A stretch of DNA of 64,000 nucleotides from Narcine bancroftii (lineage: Eukaryota), in the NCBI RefSeq assembly GCF_036971445.1, contig NC_091470.1, positions 19,592,001 to 19,656,000 of the forward strand, given 5' to 3'. Shown here one piece after another: positions 1 to 13,579 of the stretch. A program made the translations under genes and the position numbers. The notes beneath the pieces are model-generated. The model was not told where the DNA came from. It was given only the letters and a program-made list of their open reading frames with translations, and did not search any database. Each line of letters opens with the position of its first letter. Within the stretch, counting starts at the first letter, position 1.

Positions 1-566
1 AAAAATCAACTCTGGCATCCCAACTGGCAGTGGGCTTATCGAGCTAATTGTAACGTCTTTAACTCCTCTAGCTGGGAAAATGTGATTGATGATCACATCT
101 GAAGTGAGGAAAATTGATAAAACTTGTAATTACAGAGCCAATGCTATTTCTGTCCATTGCTATAGTAACATCCTCTCAACTAGCTCCCGAGACCAAAAAA
201 ATGTGGAATGCTGCTCAGAAAATAACAGAAGCTGTGCCCTAAAGGTAGACTGTTTATTTCTCCTGCTCCTTTTCAACTCTTCCCATTCCACACCCAAGAG
301 CTTCTCTCGTGGCTTCCAACTCCTGCAAACCATCCAACCAGCAGCTGGAGTTTCAAATGGGATAATTTCCCTTCAGGCAGCAAATCTTACATCCATCTGC
401 TTGAATGATGCGGTATGTAGGAACACTGAAGAGCTGCACCCATGTACTTTCTAAACCTTGTCTCATGTCTTTGTTAACCTTGAAGAGTGGGTGAAGGGTA
501 CTCGAACAGGATCAAATGAGCAAATGTTCACTATGTAAGGGGAAAACTCTTCAAAAGACTGTAGGG

Positions 567-1246
567 CACACATGTCAAACTCAGGCCCGCGGGCCAAATT
601 TGGCCCGTGATATAATTATATTTGGCCCGCAACATCATATCAAATATGTATTAGAGCTGGCCCGCTGGCCGCCGCGCCAGTATAGCGCATGCATCGCTAA
701 TACTACAAATCCCAGAATGCTTTGCAAATGCGTTGGCGCCAGCCTGTCAGCCCGCCAATCGTCCCCACCTCCTCTCTTTACTTTCATTAGTATCTGCGAC
801 CTGTCGCCTAACTCACATGTAATAAACCCCTTACGAAAAATAGCCAAACTAAAGACAGAAAACAGGACCTTTCAAGACAGGTGGGAGGCAGACTATATGT
901 TCATCATTTTAAAAGACAAACCTGTTTGTCATTGAAGCAAGTTATTATTTTTTTGACTTGTTGGCTTGTGAAAAAAAATACATTTAAAAGGAGCTTAAAG
1001 GCTATAGAGAAATATTATTTATTGAATATTTTATTTCTCATTTGTTAATGCTTCTTCTGGAAAGAGTTTAACCAAAACTATTATGAAACATTTATTTTAA
1101 TAAGAAAAAGTTTAACATTACATATGTTGAAAGAAGAGAAAACATGCAGATGTTGTTGAAAATTTTCAATAAATATCTAGTTTGGCCCACAACTTAGTCC
1201 AAGTTTTTAATTTTGGCCCTCTGTGAATTTGAGTTTGACACCCCTG
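567..1246 (+). mobile_element. Non-autonomous hAT (Charlie/SPIN-like) DNA transposon, copy 1
   Basis: Imperfect TIRs CACACATGTCAAACTC ... GAGTTTGACACCCCTG; perfect 8-bp TSD CTGTAGGG (559-566 and 1247-1254); transposase N-terminal remnant ENRTFQDRWEADYMF..KDKPVC at ~838-932. Confidence 0.88.
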
Positions 1247-1455
1247 CTGTAGGGAGTATGCATGTGGACATCTCAGGAGCTGCAAAGGAAATTGTACAAC
1301 TTTGAAGTGCAGGAAAACAAGTTGGCATCAGAGCTGGCACCTCGACAGATCAAATGGCCTACATCGGATTCTATTTCTTATATTCTTATTAGGAATGGCT
1401 GGTAGCAGTAGGAAGACTCACCTAACCAGCCTGGGTTAGTCACAGCTGCTTAAGG

Positions 1456-1570
1456 CAGTGGTTTGCAACCTTTTTTTTCCCCACTCACATATCACTTTAA
1501 GTAATCCCATACTAACCACAGAGCAGCTACAGTATGTGAGTGGGGGGAGAAAAAATGTCGAGAACCACTG
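1456..1570. mobile_element. Short hAT MITE
   Basis: TIRs CAGTGGTTTGCAAC ... GTCGAGAACCACTG; 8-bp TSD gcttaagg/gtttaagg (7/8 match). Confidence 0.8.
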
Positions 1571-1751
1571 GTTTAAGGCAAGGGATCCAGGATACTGAAA
1601 TAAATGGTTAACTCTGCTGGGAGGAAATCCAGAACACAACATTAAAATCAATGCTAGGCTTTTTAAAAACATGCCATTCCGAAGCACTTGTTCATACAAA
1701 ACTCACTTCTCTCCATCCTACCTCCAAACCAAAAAAAAATGCTTTTGGTGC

Positions 1752-2119
1752 TGTGACAGATTATGTTAGATTTTATATTGTATATAGATAGGTTTTAAAG
1801 GAGATAAATAGTAGCAGGTTATTTTTTAGTGTAGGTCACAAAAAGATACAAACACTTCAACACGGATCTCATTTAAAATGCCAGAGCTCTGCTTAAGCCA
1901 GACAGTCCAATCTCCAAGTGTCTTTGCAAAAACTTTGAAGGATGCCTATAAGGACTTCACAAGAAGGTGTTAATTGAGTAATGGATTATTGTTTTGGAAA
2001 GCAACAGATGAACAGACTCGAAGATTAGGTCCAGTGCTGGAGTCTGTCTGAATGCAGTTTGCTGTTCTAAAAGGGTCATGTGATTGTGTAAGTAGAGAGA
2101 GTCAAACAGGCTTTTCTCA

Positions 2120-2198
<79 letters not shown>

Positions 2199-2873
2199 TA
2201 CAGTTCTACAGTTCAGCAACAGTAGCTGAGACTGGAACAGGACAAGCTGGCAAGCTTGTGGGAAATCCCCATTTTGAAGACGGGTTGTGAGTTTTCAGTT
2301 CAACCTGTTCAAAGTCCTTTGTGGTCCATTCAAGAGGAAATGGCTGCCTATATAATGTTTTACTTGAAATAAGGGAAACAGAAAAGGAACACTGTGGTGA
2401 CCCAAAAGAAAGAGGTTATCATCTGGAAAATCTTCAGCAAGACACTGAGGTGGCTGATCGGAAGGAATCAATTGTGGGAGTCAAACGAGCAAACTCTCTC
2501 TCTCTGAAAACCAACAAGAATCTTCCTGAGCAGTAACCATTTACCTTTCAAGCACCAAAGTCTGGTGAACATTCATAAATGTTAAATTCTGTGCACAGTA
2601 TAAGAATGGCCTGATACCAGTGAACTTGGAGGAATGAGAAGTAAGATTGGACTGTGAATCAAAAAACTTTTCTGAAACGATACACACATTGCATACACAT
2701 GTGCTTAGAATTAGAAGGAGGTTGTTAGGTTCAGTTAAGATTATGGTAATAAGTTAAAGTTTGATCCTTTTTTAATGTTTAAAGAAAATTAAAAGTAATG
2801 TTTGTTTAAGTAGCCATTCGTCTTGGTGAATATCTATTGCTGTTGGGTTTTGGGGTCCTCTGGGCCCATAACG
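1752..2873. mobile_element. Solo LTR, copy 1
   Basis: Starts TGTGACAGATTATG and ends GGGCCCATAAC(G); flanked by a (g)gtgc direct repeat; colinear with the copy at 14149-15838. Confidence 0.75.
2127..2196. repeat. (AG)n microsatellite inside LTR copy 1
   Basis: About 35 perfect AG units. Confidence 0.97.
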
Positions 2874-3297
2874 GTGCCTAAAGGTGGTCACCTGTAAGAT
2901 TTCTAAAAAGAGATTGATAGATTGATTGGCACAGTTTTTGTGAGTTATGAAACTAAAGTGGTAAATGGGGTGGAGATCAGCCATAATCTAACCAAATGAT
3001 GGAACCAACTCAGGAGTGTGACTATCCAACCCTTACCTCAACATTCTCAATTTGTCACACTGAAGGTCACAATACCTCCAAAATTACAAATACAAGGGTC
3101 ACATCGATAAAATTAATCTTACTTTTGGTGCAGGAGGAAAAGGAGCCTGATGATTGGATTCGACAAGAGGGCCATTAAACCACAGAGATGGATCAATAGA
3201 AGACAGTTTATCTGAACATCACTTCTTATAGGAGCCAGGCACTGCCCTAATACCTGCCAATCATTCCTCACTCTTCATAATAAAACATGAGAGGTGG

Positions 3298-6265
3298 AAG
3301 AATATAGAAACATAGAAGATAGGAGCAGGAGTAGGTCATTCGGCCCTTCGAACCTGCTCTGCCATTCAATGAGATCATGGCTGATCTTAAAGTTCAGTAC
3401 CCCGTCCCTGCCTTCTCTCCATAACCCCCAATTCCCTTATACTGAAGAAATAGATCTAATTCCCTCTTTAATATATTCAATGAACCTGCCTCTACTGCTC
3501 TCTATGGCAATGAATTCCACAGATTCACCACCCTCTGGGTCAAGAAATTCCTCCTCATCTCGGTCCTAAATGGTTTGCCTATTATCCTCAAACCATGGCC
3601 CCGGGTTCTGGATTTTCCCATCCTTGGAAACATCCCATCCGCATCCATTCTGTCCAGTCCTGCAAGAATTTTATATGTCTCTATGAGATCCCCTCAAATC
3701 TTCTAAACTCCAGCGAGTACAATCCCAAATTGTGCAATCTTTCCTCATAAGTTATTTCTGCCATTCCAGGTATCAGCCTGGTGAATCGCCTCTGCACTCC
3801 CTCCATTGCAAGAACATCCTTCCTTAGATAAGGTGACCAAAACTGCACACAATACTCCAGGTGGGGTCTCACCAAGGCTCTGTACAGCTGCAGTAAGGTA
3901 TCCTTATACCTAGACTCAAACCCTCGATATGAAGGCCAACATATTATTTGCCTTTTTAACTGCCTGCTGTACCTGCATGCTCGCCTTCAGTGACTGGTGC
4001 ACAAGAACCCCTAGGTCTCTCTGCACTTCCCCATTTCCCAATCTATTGCCATTCAAATAGTAATCTGCTCTCTGGTTTGTATTACCAAAGTGGATAACCT
4101 CACATTTATCCACATTGTACTGCATTTGCCATGTATCTGCCCAGTCCCCCAATTTATCCAAATCACACTGGAGCTTCCTGACCCCCTCTTCAGTACACAC
4201 AACCCCTCCTAGCTTAGTGTCGTCTGCAAATTTGGAGATATTACATCCAATCCCCTCATCTAGATCATTCATGTAAATTGTGAACAGCTGGGGTCCCAGT
4301 ACAGATAACTGTGGCACCCCACTGGTCACCACCTGCCACTCAGAAAATGAGCCATTTATCCCAACTCTCTGTCTTCTATCTGCCAGCCAGTTCTCAATCC
4401 ACATCAATATCTTGCCCCCAATCCCATGAGCCTTGATTTTGCATGCCAGTCGTTTATGTGGAACCTTATCGAAGGCCTTTTGGAAATCCAGGTACACCAC
4501 ATCCACTGGGTCTCCCCCATCTATTTTACCTGTCACCATCTCTAAGAATTCCAATAGATTTGTCAAGCACGATTTACCTTTATTAAATCCATGTTGACTC
4601 TGTCTGATTCCTTCTCTGCTAGCCATATGCTCCGCTATTACATCCTTAATAATGGATTCCATCATTTTGCCCACTACTGATGTAAGGCTCACCGGCCTAT
4701 AATTTCCCGCTTTTTCTCTACCCCCCTTTTTAAATAGTGGGGTAACATTAGCTACCCTCCAATCCATGGGTACTGATCCTGAGTCTATTGAGTTCTGGAA
4801 AATAACTCTTAAAGCATCTGCTATCTGAATGTCCACTTCTTTAAATACCCTAGGATGTAGATTATCAGGCCCTTGGGATTTATCGGCCTTCAGTCCCTTT
4901 AATTTCCCCAAAACCATGTCCTTAGAGATACTGATTTCTTTCAGTTCCTCCCTTGCATTAGTCTCTATGTTTCCCAACATCCTTGGGAGGTTATTTGTGA
5001 GGATGGACCAATTTAATTGGTCTGCCATTTCCTTATTCCCCTGATTCTGACTGCAAGGGACCTACTCTGGATTTCACCAATCTTTTCCTCTTGACATAGC
5101 TATAAAAGCTTTTGCAATTGGTTTTTATGTTTGCCGCAAGTTTACTTTCGTAATTTATTTTTGCCCTCTTGATTAATCCCTTTGTCCTCCTTTGCTACAT
5201 CTTGAACTGTTCCCAGTCTACGGATTTGGTACTTTTTTTTGGCCAATTGATATGCTCTCTCTTTGGACCTAATGCTGTCTCTAATTTCCCTTGTTATCCA
5301 CGGTTGAGTCACCTTTTTTGGTTTATTTTTATGCAATTCTTCCATTAGATCTTTGAACGCTTTCCATTGTCTATCCACCGTCAACCCCCCCCCATAAACA
5401 CCACCCAATCAATCTTACTCAACTCCCGTCTCATACCATCATAATTCCCTTTATTTAAATTCAGGACCTTAGTCTCGGTTTTAATTTCTTCACTCTCCAT
5501 GTCGAGTGAGAATTCGATCATATTGTGATCGCTCCTACCCAAAGCGCCTCGCACAACAAGATTGCAGATTAGCCCTTTTTCATTACATAATACCCAGTCT
5601 AAAATGGCCTGCTCCCAAGTTGGTTCCTCGACATATTGGTCTAAATAACCGTCCCGTAAACATTCAAGGAATTCCTCCTCCTCAGTATTTTTACTAATTT
5701 GGCTAGTCCAATCTATATGTAAATTAAAGTCTCCCATGATGACAACTGTTCCCTTATTGCCCGCTTCTCTAATTTCTCTTTTAATGCCTTCCCTCACCTC
5801 TACATTACTATTTGGAGGCCTATATACCACCCCCACTATCGTTTTCCGCCCCTTGCTATTCCTCAGTTCTACCCATATAGATTCCGCATCTTCTGAGTTA
5901 ATATCCTTCCTATCAATTGAGTCGGTCCCTTCTCTCACCATCAAAGCTACCCCACCCCCTTTTCTTTCTTGCCGATCCCTCCTAAATATTGTATACCCCA
6001 GGATATTAAGTTCCCAGGCTTGCCCACCTTGCAGCCATGTTTCTGTAATCCCAATCAAATCGTATTTGTTTGTCTCAATTTCCACAGCCAATTCATCTAC
6101 CTTGTTCCGAATGCTTCTTGCATTAAGATATAAAGCCTTCAGATTTGCTTTTTTCATCCTCCTTGCTCTTTCTGATTTTTTACTTTCGCTGCCTAACCTA
6201 CCTTTTCCTATTTTATCTTTCCTGTCCTTTGCCCTATCATACAGATTTCCATCCCCCTGCCAAAT
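3298..6265 (-). mobile_element. CR1 LINE with near-complete but frameshifted ORF2 (AP endonuclease + reverse transcriptase)
   Basis: APE motifs LNARSIRNK, ITETWL, GDFN, SDHN (ORF 5381-6370); RT motifs YRPVSLTS, YLDFQKAFDKVPH, GVPQ, FADD (3916-5028); C-terminal RPHLEYCVQFWSP (3681-3875); CR1-type TTCTAT-repeat tail near 3300; ORF split in four pieces. Confidence 0.95.
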
Positions 6266-6765
6266 TAAACTGCTTCCAACGGCGGCACCAAACCTAGCTG
6301 CCAAACCTATCTCCAAAGTCAGAAGACTGTCACCTGAATATAACTCAGCAAATAATTGTATACATTTCAAGGGTCATTCTGGTTAAACAAAATATTAATT
6401 CAACATGGCTTCTCACATATGGAAAAGTAATGTGGAATATGGAAAAATAAATGCCTTCTGACCTGACTTTATTCAGCGAAAGCTTAACATGAGGCAGACT
6501 GCCCTTTGCGTGACTTGTAGCTCTCAACAGACGGTGGTCCTGCAAGATGTTTTAAAGGTGTGCAGGAATAACACTTTGCACTTTTTTCCCCACTCCCACA
6601 AAGAGCGAATGCTTGCTGCATATAGCCTCATGATATTGCAACGTCAAGGCTCCTTCACACCCACAGAGTTTACCAAGGATTACCCACTTCGACCAAAAAA
6701 TAAAGTGTGGAAAATGTATGCACTACATTAATAATAAGAAAAATACCAATATACCAAGCTTTAAA

Positions 6766-7010
6766 TCAGCCATTCTCAACCATTTTTCAGCCGCACCACA
6801 CCCCCACCTCAAAGTTTATGCGCCACCTTCCCTATGAAGCAGTCAAGTTTTGCTTTCTTCTGTATTTCTCTTCTACCGACTACATAAAAAACATTTAAAA
6901 AATATTTATGGTGAGATGAAAAGAAAATAAGGCTTTTACTTAAATGTGCTGTGATCATGGTGGTGTTTTTATGACTGATCTGGTGGTTGAAGTGTTTCCG
7001 TATTACAGAG
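6766..7010. mobile_element. Decayed hAT-like MITE (same family as 53835-54045)
   Basis: Begins CAGCCATTCTCAAC; shares the AAAGTTTATG..CCTTCCCT..GAAGCAGTCAAG and TTTTACTTAAATGTG blocks with 53835-54045; right end uncertain. Confidence 0.55.
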
Positions 7011-7098
7011 TGTTTGCAGACCAAGTATTTTGTTGAGCCTATAGCATCGGAGCATGGGGGAAAGAGCTTCTTCTGTGACCCTTAAATCTGATTCTTAA

Positions 7099-7383
7099 GT
7101 CCTTTTTACACTGAAAAGCCATGTTTCCCAGCTCTGGAAACCAGCTTGCTTGTTCACACAGAACAGAAAAAAAGTCATGTCAGTGAGTCTTTTACACAGC
7201 AAGCTGGCTTCCCAAAGCAAAAGTATGGCCCTGCTCCATCTCTGACACTATTTACCTTGGCGGATTAAAGCCGAGTAAGTTCAGAACTCCCCCCACCCAA
7301 TCTACCTTCCATGAGTTCACACAGCTAGGTGATGCACTTGAAAGGCAGATAATACCCGACTTTAATCGTCAGTATAAAAGGGG
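7099..7383. mobile_element. PIF/Harbinger-like MITE
   Basis: Imperfect TIRs GTCCTTTTTACACTG ... CAGTATAAAAGGGG flanked by TAA on both sides. Confidence 0.65.
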
Positions 7384-8569
7384 TAAAATTTGAAACTTGT
7401 GTGGTGGGGAGGGATTCAACCTCGCATCACAGTCATGGCTACAGTAGAGGCTCAGGTGGTTAGGGCAACCACCTGAAAGGTGGCGGTTATTAGGAGAACC
7501 AGAGCAGCAGCTAGGACAGTGGAGGCTGCAACAACCAGGGAGAGCACATCAGCTAGTCATATGTGGACAAAGCCAGGACAGATACTGCAGCTTTGAAGGT
7601 GGCTTTCACAGAGCAACTCTTTGTGCCAGATTCCCATCTGGCCATTGATGACCAAGCAGCTCCTGGAAAGGCAGGAAGTCACTGTGAACGAATCTAATTT
7701 GCCCATTATGTTAAAATGCTAGAATCTCAGTTTGATGATTATAATTATTAATCTTCTAACTTTGTTTTTTGCTATGTGTTCTGGGATAGTTTAAATCTAA
7801 AGTGAAACCCCTCTTCACTCTGCTATCATTGGGGAAAAAGGTACAGGAGCCTAAAGACGAGCACTCAGAGGCACAAGGACAGCTTCTTCGCCGCTGCCAT
7901 CAGATTCCTGAATAATCAATGATCTAGAAGCTGCCGCAAAACACCAAATTTTGTGATTTTTTCATGACAATTAAATTTTTATTCTGAGAGAAGCAATTTT
8001 TGTGAACCCAGGATAGCAAAACTCAGATTTTTACTGTGCCTTGGCACACATGACAGCACTAAACTTTGATAGCAGACCCCTTTACCTTCTCTCCAGCAAT
8101 GACTCAACCTAGAGAGCAATGTTCCACCGTGCATGGTTCAGGTCTCTACATTCTGAGCAGGATTCAGAGACACTAGTGAATGGATTAAAACTTCACAAGT
8201 TTAACAGCTAAGCTGGGACATCACAACAAACTTTACTGAGAAGAGACTAGAGCTGGAACAGAGTTCAGGGTGATCTTATAGAAGTCTCAGGAGATTACAA
8301 AAGATTCAATAGCTGGACAGAGAATGTTTCCACTGCAGAAATTCTATCTCCAGGGACCACAACTATTAGAAAGAAATTAATACACTTAATAGGGAATTCA
8401 GCTCAGTCTGAACGAAACCAAGATGTGGAACTCATTACAAGGAGCAATGGAGACAAACTGTAGAGAAGCAGTCAAAGGAAAAGCTGAGGGTGGGCTGGGA
8501 AGAGACTCATTTAAGCAGAGACCATACAGTTTAAGCACCTGCTTTGCTTTAATGCTGAAGATCGCAGGA

Positions 8570-9062
8570 GGACAATTGAGAGCATCCTGCCTGGCTGCAT
8601 CATTGTGCGGCATTGGGAGCTGCAAAGCATCGGACCAGAAGTCAATGCAGAGGATCTTCAAAACAGCTGAATTAATCACTAGGGTCTCCCTTTCCTCTGT
8701 TGACAACATCTACCAGGACTGTGGTTAAATAGGGCTCAAAGAATCTTTCCATCCAGCACACAGTATCTTTGACCCACTACCATCAAGGAGATGGCACAAG
8801 AGCATCAAAATCAGGACTGCCAGGCTGGGAAAAAGCTTTTGCCTGCAGGCTGTGAAATTGATGAACAGTATCCTGTAACTGAGTAAATAATCCCAAAATA
8901 TTTATATATTCACAGGTATTTATTTTAAATTATGTTTTTATGTATCTATGTTATTATATACAGTACTGAGCTTTGCATGTGTTTGTGTATGCACCATGTT
9001 CCAGAGAAATGTTGTTTCATCAGATTGAATATGTACATTTAGATAATAATAAGCTTGAACTT
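8570..9062 (+). mobile_element. Rex1/L2-like LINE 3' fragment (decayed)
   Basis: Similar to fragments at 22190-22810 and 52495-53290 (ESIL..CI..W.G-like coding remnant); AATAAGCTTGAACTT-type tail. Confidence 0.55.
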
Positions 9063-9916
9063 AGAGGCAAGTTCATTAAGAAACATTTAAATAAATATAA
9101 CATTAAAAAATATATAAAAACAAAATACAGTAGATGACTGGAATGTGAAAAAAGCTGTTAATAATTCAGAGGTCAGGCAATTTCTATTGTTGGTATTTCA
9201 AGCAGGCATTTATGAAAAAAAATGAACCAGAAGTATTAACTTTGTTTTTCATCTGCTTTGCTATTTTATTCTCCAAACTCCTCCTTTCATCCATTAGGAG
9301 AATGTTATAGCAACACTTGACCCAAAACAATAACAAACTTAACCAACTTAACCAACATGAATGATTCTAAGCAGAGGTAATGACATTTGAAAAATTGCAA
9401 CACCATACTGACACTCCAATGCAGCACCATCGGAGATCCAGTCTTTTGGATGAGATATTAAACCAAACCTCATTTGCTTTCCGAAGTGGGTCTACTTTGG
9501 GAAGAGTAGAGAATGCTCAAGTCCTGAACAACTTGAATTCCTTGACCAATTCACTAAACGTCACTGGTGCTGATGTTCTGCTTGACCCCAATGTCGCAAA
9601 GAATGGATCTGATCTTCGGTTGAAGACACAACAACATGAGCAAGTCTTTTAATACTGGGGAGCGCTGCCACCAAATTAATTCATGTTCCAATGATGGGGG
9701 GGGGGGGCGGGGGGAAGAGACGGAAGCAGAGGGAGAAGAAAGAGAATGGCTGATACTTTGGGGAAGCCTCCATTGGAGAAAAATGTCCACATCCATTCTG
9801 CCTGCTCCTATAAAATAAATTAAGCTTTCCTTCCTTCAATAGAAAATCTGTTTGACATTCAGCAACAAGCAGCAAAATGAGAAACGACAAAGAACAGGTG
9901 CAACGTATAATTATTA

Positions 9917-11088
9917 GTCCCTTTTCCACTGGCACCTTGTCCCGGGAATTAACTGGGACAGGGTCCAGTGGAAAAAGAAAGCAAATGGCACGCTGGCGTC
10001 AAATGACACCAGGAATTGACGGCCTTGACCTCTATTCATTACCCCAGCATCAGCTGATGCCTGTGTGCCAATTAAACCAGCAGAAAAAGGACAGCAGAAA
10101 GTCACCTGTTCCGGTTGAAGGTAGACTCTCCTATCCCCAAGGATGAGTTGTGTTCAGTGGAAAAGCAGTCAGTGTCCCAGTTAAAGGTGGTCCAATGAAA
10201 ACAGCACAAACGGCTTCCTATCCCGGGACACTGGGATGCCAGTGGAAAAAGGGCTACTCTAAGCCCCTTTACAATTGGACCCTGTCCTAGTAAATTCCCA
10301 GTTAATTCCTGGGAAGGGGTCCAGTGGAAAAGGGATATTTCAAATGACAACATTTCACACCAGGGATTAACCGCCTCTTCCCTTACTCATATCCCCGGCA
10401 TTTGCTGATGCCAGCATGCTAATAAAAAAAGGACAGCAGAAAGTCACTCGTTTCCAGTTGAAGGAAGAACACTCCAATTCTCGGTGATGAGTGTGTTCAG
10501 CGGAAAATCAAATAGTGTCCCAGTTAAGGGTGGCTCAGTGGAAATGGCACAAAGGGCTTCCTATCTCGGGACACTGCATAGCCAATTAACTGGGATGCAA
10601 GTGGAAAAGGGGCGACAGGCTCTTGAGCTCAGAACGATCATGATCTTGACATCACGGAGTGAAGCAGCACAGCTAACTGCAAGGCAAAGAGGAGAAACCA
10701 TGGTGTTTGAATTTTTGTCTCTTCGACAGCATGAGCCCCTCTTCCATTGGCATCCCAATTAATTGGTTGTGCAGTGTCCTGGGATAGGAAGCCCTTTGTG
10801 CCTTTTCCACTGGGACACTAATTGCTTTTCCACTGAACACAACTCATCCCCAGGGATCAAAGTCTTCTACCTTCAACTGGAAACAGGTGATTTTCTGCTG
10901 TCCCTTTTCCACTGGTTTTATCAGCATGTCGGTGTCAGCAAACGCCAGGGATACGAGTAGGGGTGAAGGTGGTTAATTCCCACACGAAATGACATCATTT
11001 GATGCCGGCGTTCGGACAGTGTTCCTTTTCAACTTTCCCATTAAATTCCCAGTTAATTCCTGGGACAGGGTGCCAGTGGAAAAGGGGG
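9917..11088. mobile_element. Cluster of three ~340-350 bp MITEs (9917-10254, 10263-10613, inverted 10735-11088), Harbinger-like
   Basis: Each copy has TIRs close to GCCCCTTTTCCACTGG ... CCAGTGGAAAAGGGGC and a shared core (GGACAGCAGAAAGTCAC..CCAGTTGAAGG..GTGTTCAGTGGAAAA). Confidence 0.8.
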
Positions 11089-11974
11089 TATGGTTTCAGT
11101 GGAAATGGTTATTTTCTCTGAGTAAATAAGATCTGTTATTTTCTAGACAAGTTGAATTGGAAACCTCTCTGCAAACAATTTTTACTTTTTGAATTACCAT
11201 TGACATAATTTGAAAGAATTACATGCAAAAAAACGTGCTGGGACAAACTAATATCATCCAAAAACCTTCATACTCAAGTTTTCCAATGGGCAGGACACCC
11301 CAAAATCTGTGAATAAATGCTCTAATTCAGGTTAAACAAATTTTCACCTGCAGCATTTGTGCAAAATAATCTAATCATGTTACCCTGATTTTTATGCCAA
11401 TGTTGCTCTAAAGTCATGATCTTGACCCACTGCATTGTTCACTAAATGGTGCCAAATCAATCTTACCAGAAGGATATTCATTTAACCACATCAAATAATT
11501 CTACTAGACATGCCAAAGATCAGTACTTCAATTTGACATACAGTACAATGAGGAAAAAAGAGAGATATCCAGAAACTTATCATGAGTTGCTTTCTTCTAA
11601 CACTCATCACAGAATAAATTTTCCTCCTAAATTCATTCCATGACCTCATAGGAACTAAATGTGGAAGCAAAGTACGGAATACTGCATGATCTTACATCAC
11701 TGCCAATCATAGATGAATTTCTGAAAAAGTACTTCCTAAATTTAGAATGAACATATTGCATTTGTAATGGCGAACACAAAACTACCAGGTTGTAAAAATT
11801 CCATCTGTTTGACTAATATACTTTAGAATACAAAATTTGCCATCCATCCCAATATGGCTCATATAATTGATTATAAAGCTCCTCCAATAGCCGAGCAAAC
11901 CAAACAATTCAAGGAGTAGCATCCAGATCTTTAGATTGAATAAATGAAAAGGTGAAAAGTTAGATGTACAAAAA

Positions 11975-12190
11975 ATCCAAAGAGGCCCTCTGGCCCACAA
12001 GCCCGTTACACCAAATTGATTTACAACCCCAGTACATTTAGAAGGGTGGAAGGAAACCGGAGAAGACACAGGGAGAATGTACAAACTCCTTACAGACAGC
12101 TCCGGATTCTAACCCCAGTCACTGGAGCTGAAATAGTGTTGGGCTAACTGCTACACTAACCGTGTTGCCCTACACTAACCGTGCCACCGA
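11975..12190 (-). mobile_element. tRNA-derived SINE (HE1/V-SINE-like)
   Basis: Core GGGAGAATGTACAAACTCCTTACAGACAGC shared with copies at ~27170 and ~36425; tRNA-like head on the minus strand. Confidence 0.7.
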
Positions 12191-13579
12191 TTTACATAAT
12201 GCACCGTACTTACATCATTAAAATTTCACAGTTCAGAAATCATCAATCCTTTTAATTTGGAGGGTTGGAAGTCCAATGACTGGACGTTCAGCTACACTTA
12301 CACAAAATAATGGTTATATCACCTCTGCATAATAATGAGAAGTTTTGGGCATAGCACCTTAGTAAGGATATATAATGACATTGAAGGAAGGACAGTGTAG
12401 AATTAACAGAATGACACCTGGACTATCAAGTTTATTTGCATGACAGGAGAGTGCAGGGAAAACAGAAGAACAAGGTCCAGCAGTATGAAAATCTGCCCCT
12501 CTAGTCGACTTTTGGCTTCAATGCCACTTTCCCATTCTCTTTCCTTATTCCTCAACTCTCTTGAAGGATTGCTTTAGCGTGCAGAATGGCTGTCTGCTGC
12601 AACTGGAAGGACCTCCCAGTGGGCCAACCACTTCGCTTCCCCCACAGCCGGTGACAGAATTGTGGTTTTGTGGGTGAACAGACCCTTACACACACAAACC
12701 ATTTTGAAAGTCAAAAGGTCTGCTATTCCATTGTTGGCTGAAACTGTGTAAAAACCATAAAATCTGAAGTGATTCTTCATTGAAAGTAAGACAATAGTGT
12801 TTACTGAGAGATGGTATCTATTCAAACAAGAAGGTTTTTTGCTTCAATGACCCTGCGCAGACAGGCCAGAGTCCTTTGTTCATGATTCATACTTTTGAAG
12901 TGGGTTGAAAAAAAGAGGTCATGTCATGTGATTTTGACACTCCAAAAAGTACATTTTAATTTTGTACCAAGAACCATCTGAGGTCAGAAATGCAGTAGCC
13001 TCCGGTCAGAGAGATTCTGTTCATGTTGCATTTTCTTGATCATGGGGGATATACAAAATCAGTGATGAGGAAAATCCACTTCAGCTGTCTCTTTGAAAAG
13101 AGGGCAGTTTCACCGTGTCCATTTTTCACATGGCCACTTCATGTAACCCTTGCCGGGGTTGGTGAATTCATCGTAAATCATTCATATGAATAAACAATTC
13201 TCTGAAAACAACTCTACAAGAATTTTGTGAGTTTTGAGAAGACTAAGGCCTCAAACCTACTCCATAATTACTTTTGAGCAACAATTTAAAGAATCTGAGT
13301 TTCAACACAAAACTGACTGAAATTTAAAAACTGATTATTTTTACAATCAAGCCTAAACTGTAATGGTTTTGGGACTGTCACTGTTTCAGGTCAGAGATCT
13401 TTTATCAGAACGGTTAGAATCTGATGAAGGGTCACCGATATGAAACCCTAACTCTGTTCCTCTTCCCTCAGATGCATCTTGACCTGCTGAACATTTCTAA
13501 CATTTTTCTGTTTTAGTTTTAGATTTCAAGCATCTGTGTTTTTCATTTATTTTCACTGATCATAATGTTGGCTGAAGGA

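Noticed and set aside
5736-6386. 216-aa plus-strand ORF and similar ORFs over RTE copies
   Set aside because: Antisense or alternative-frame shadows of LINE ORF2.
9380-9652. 90-aa plus-strand ORF in unique sequence
   Set aside because: No recognisable domain, promoter or exon context.
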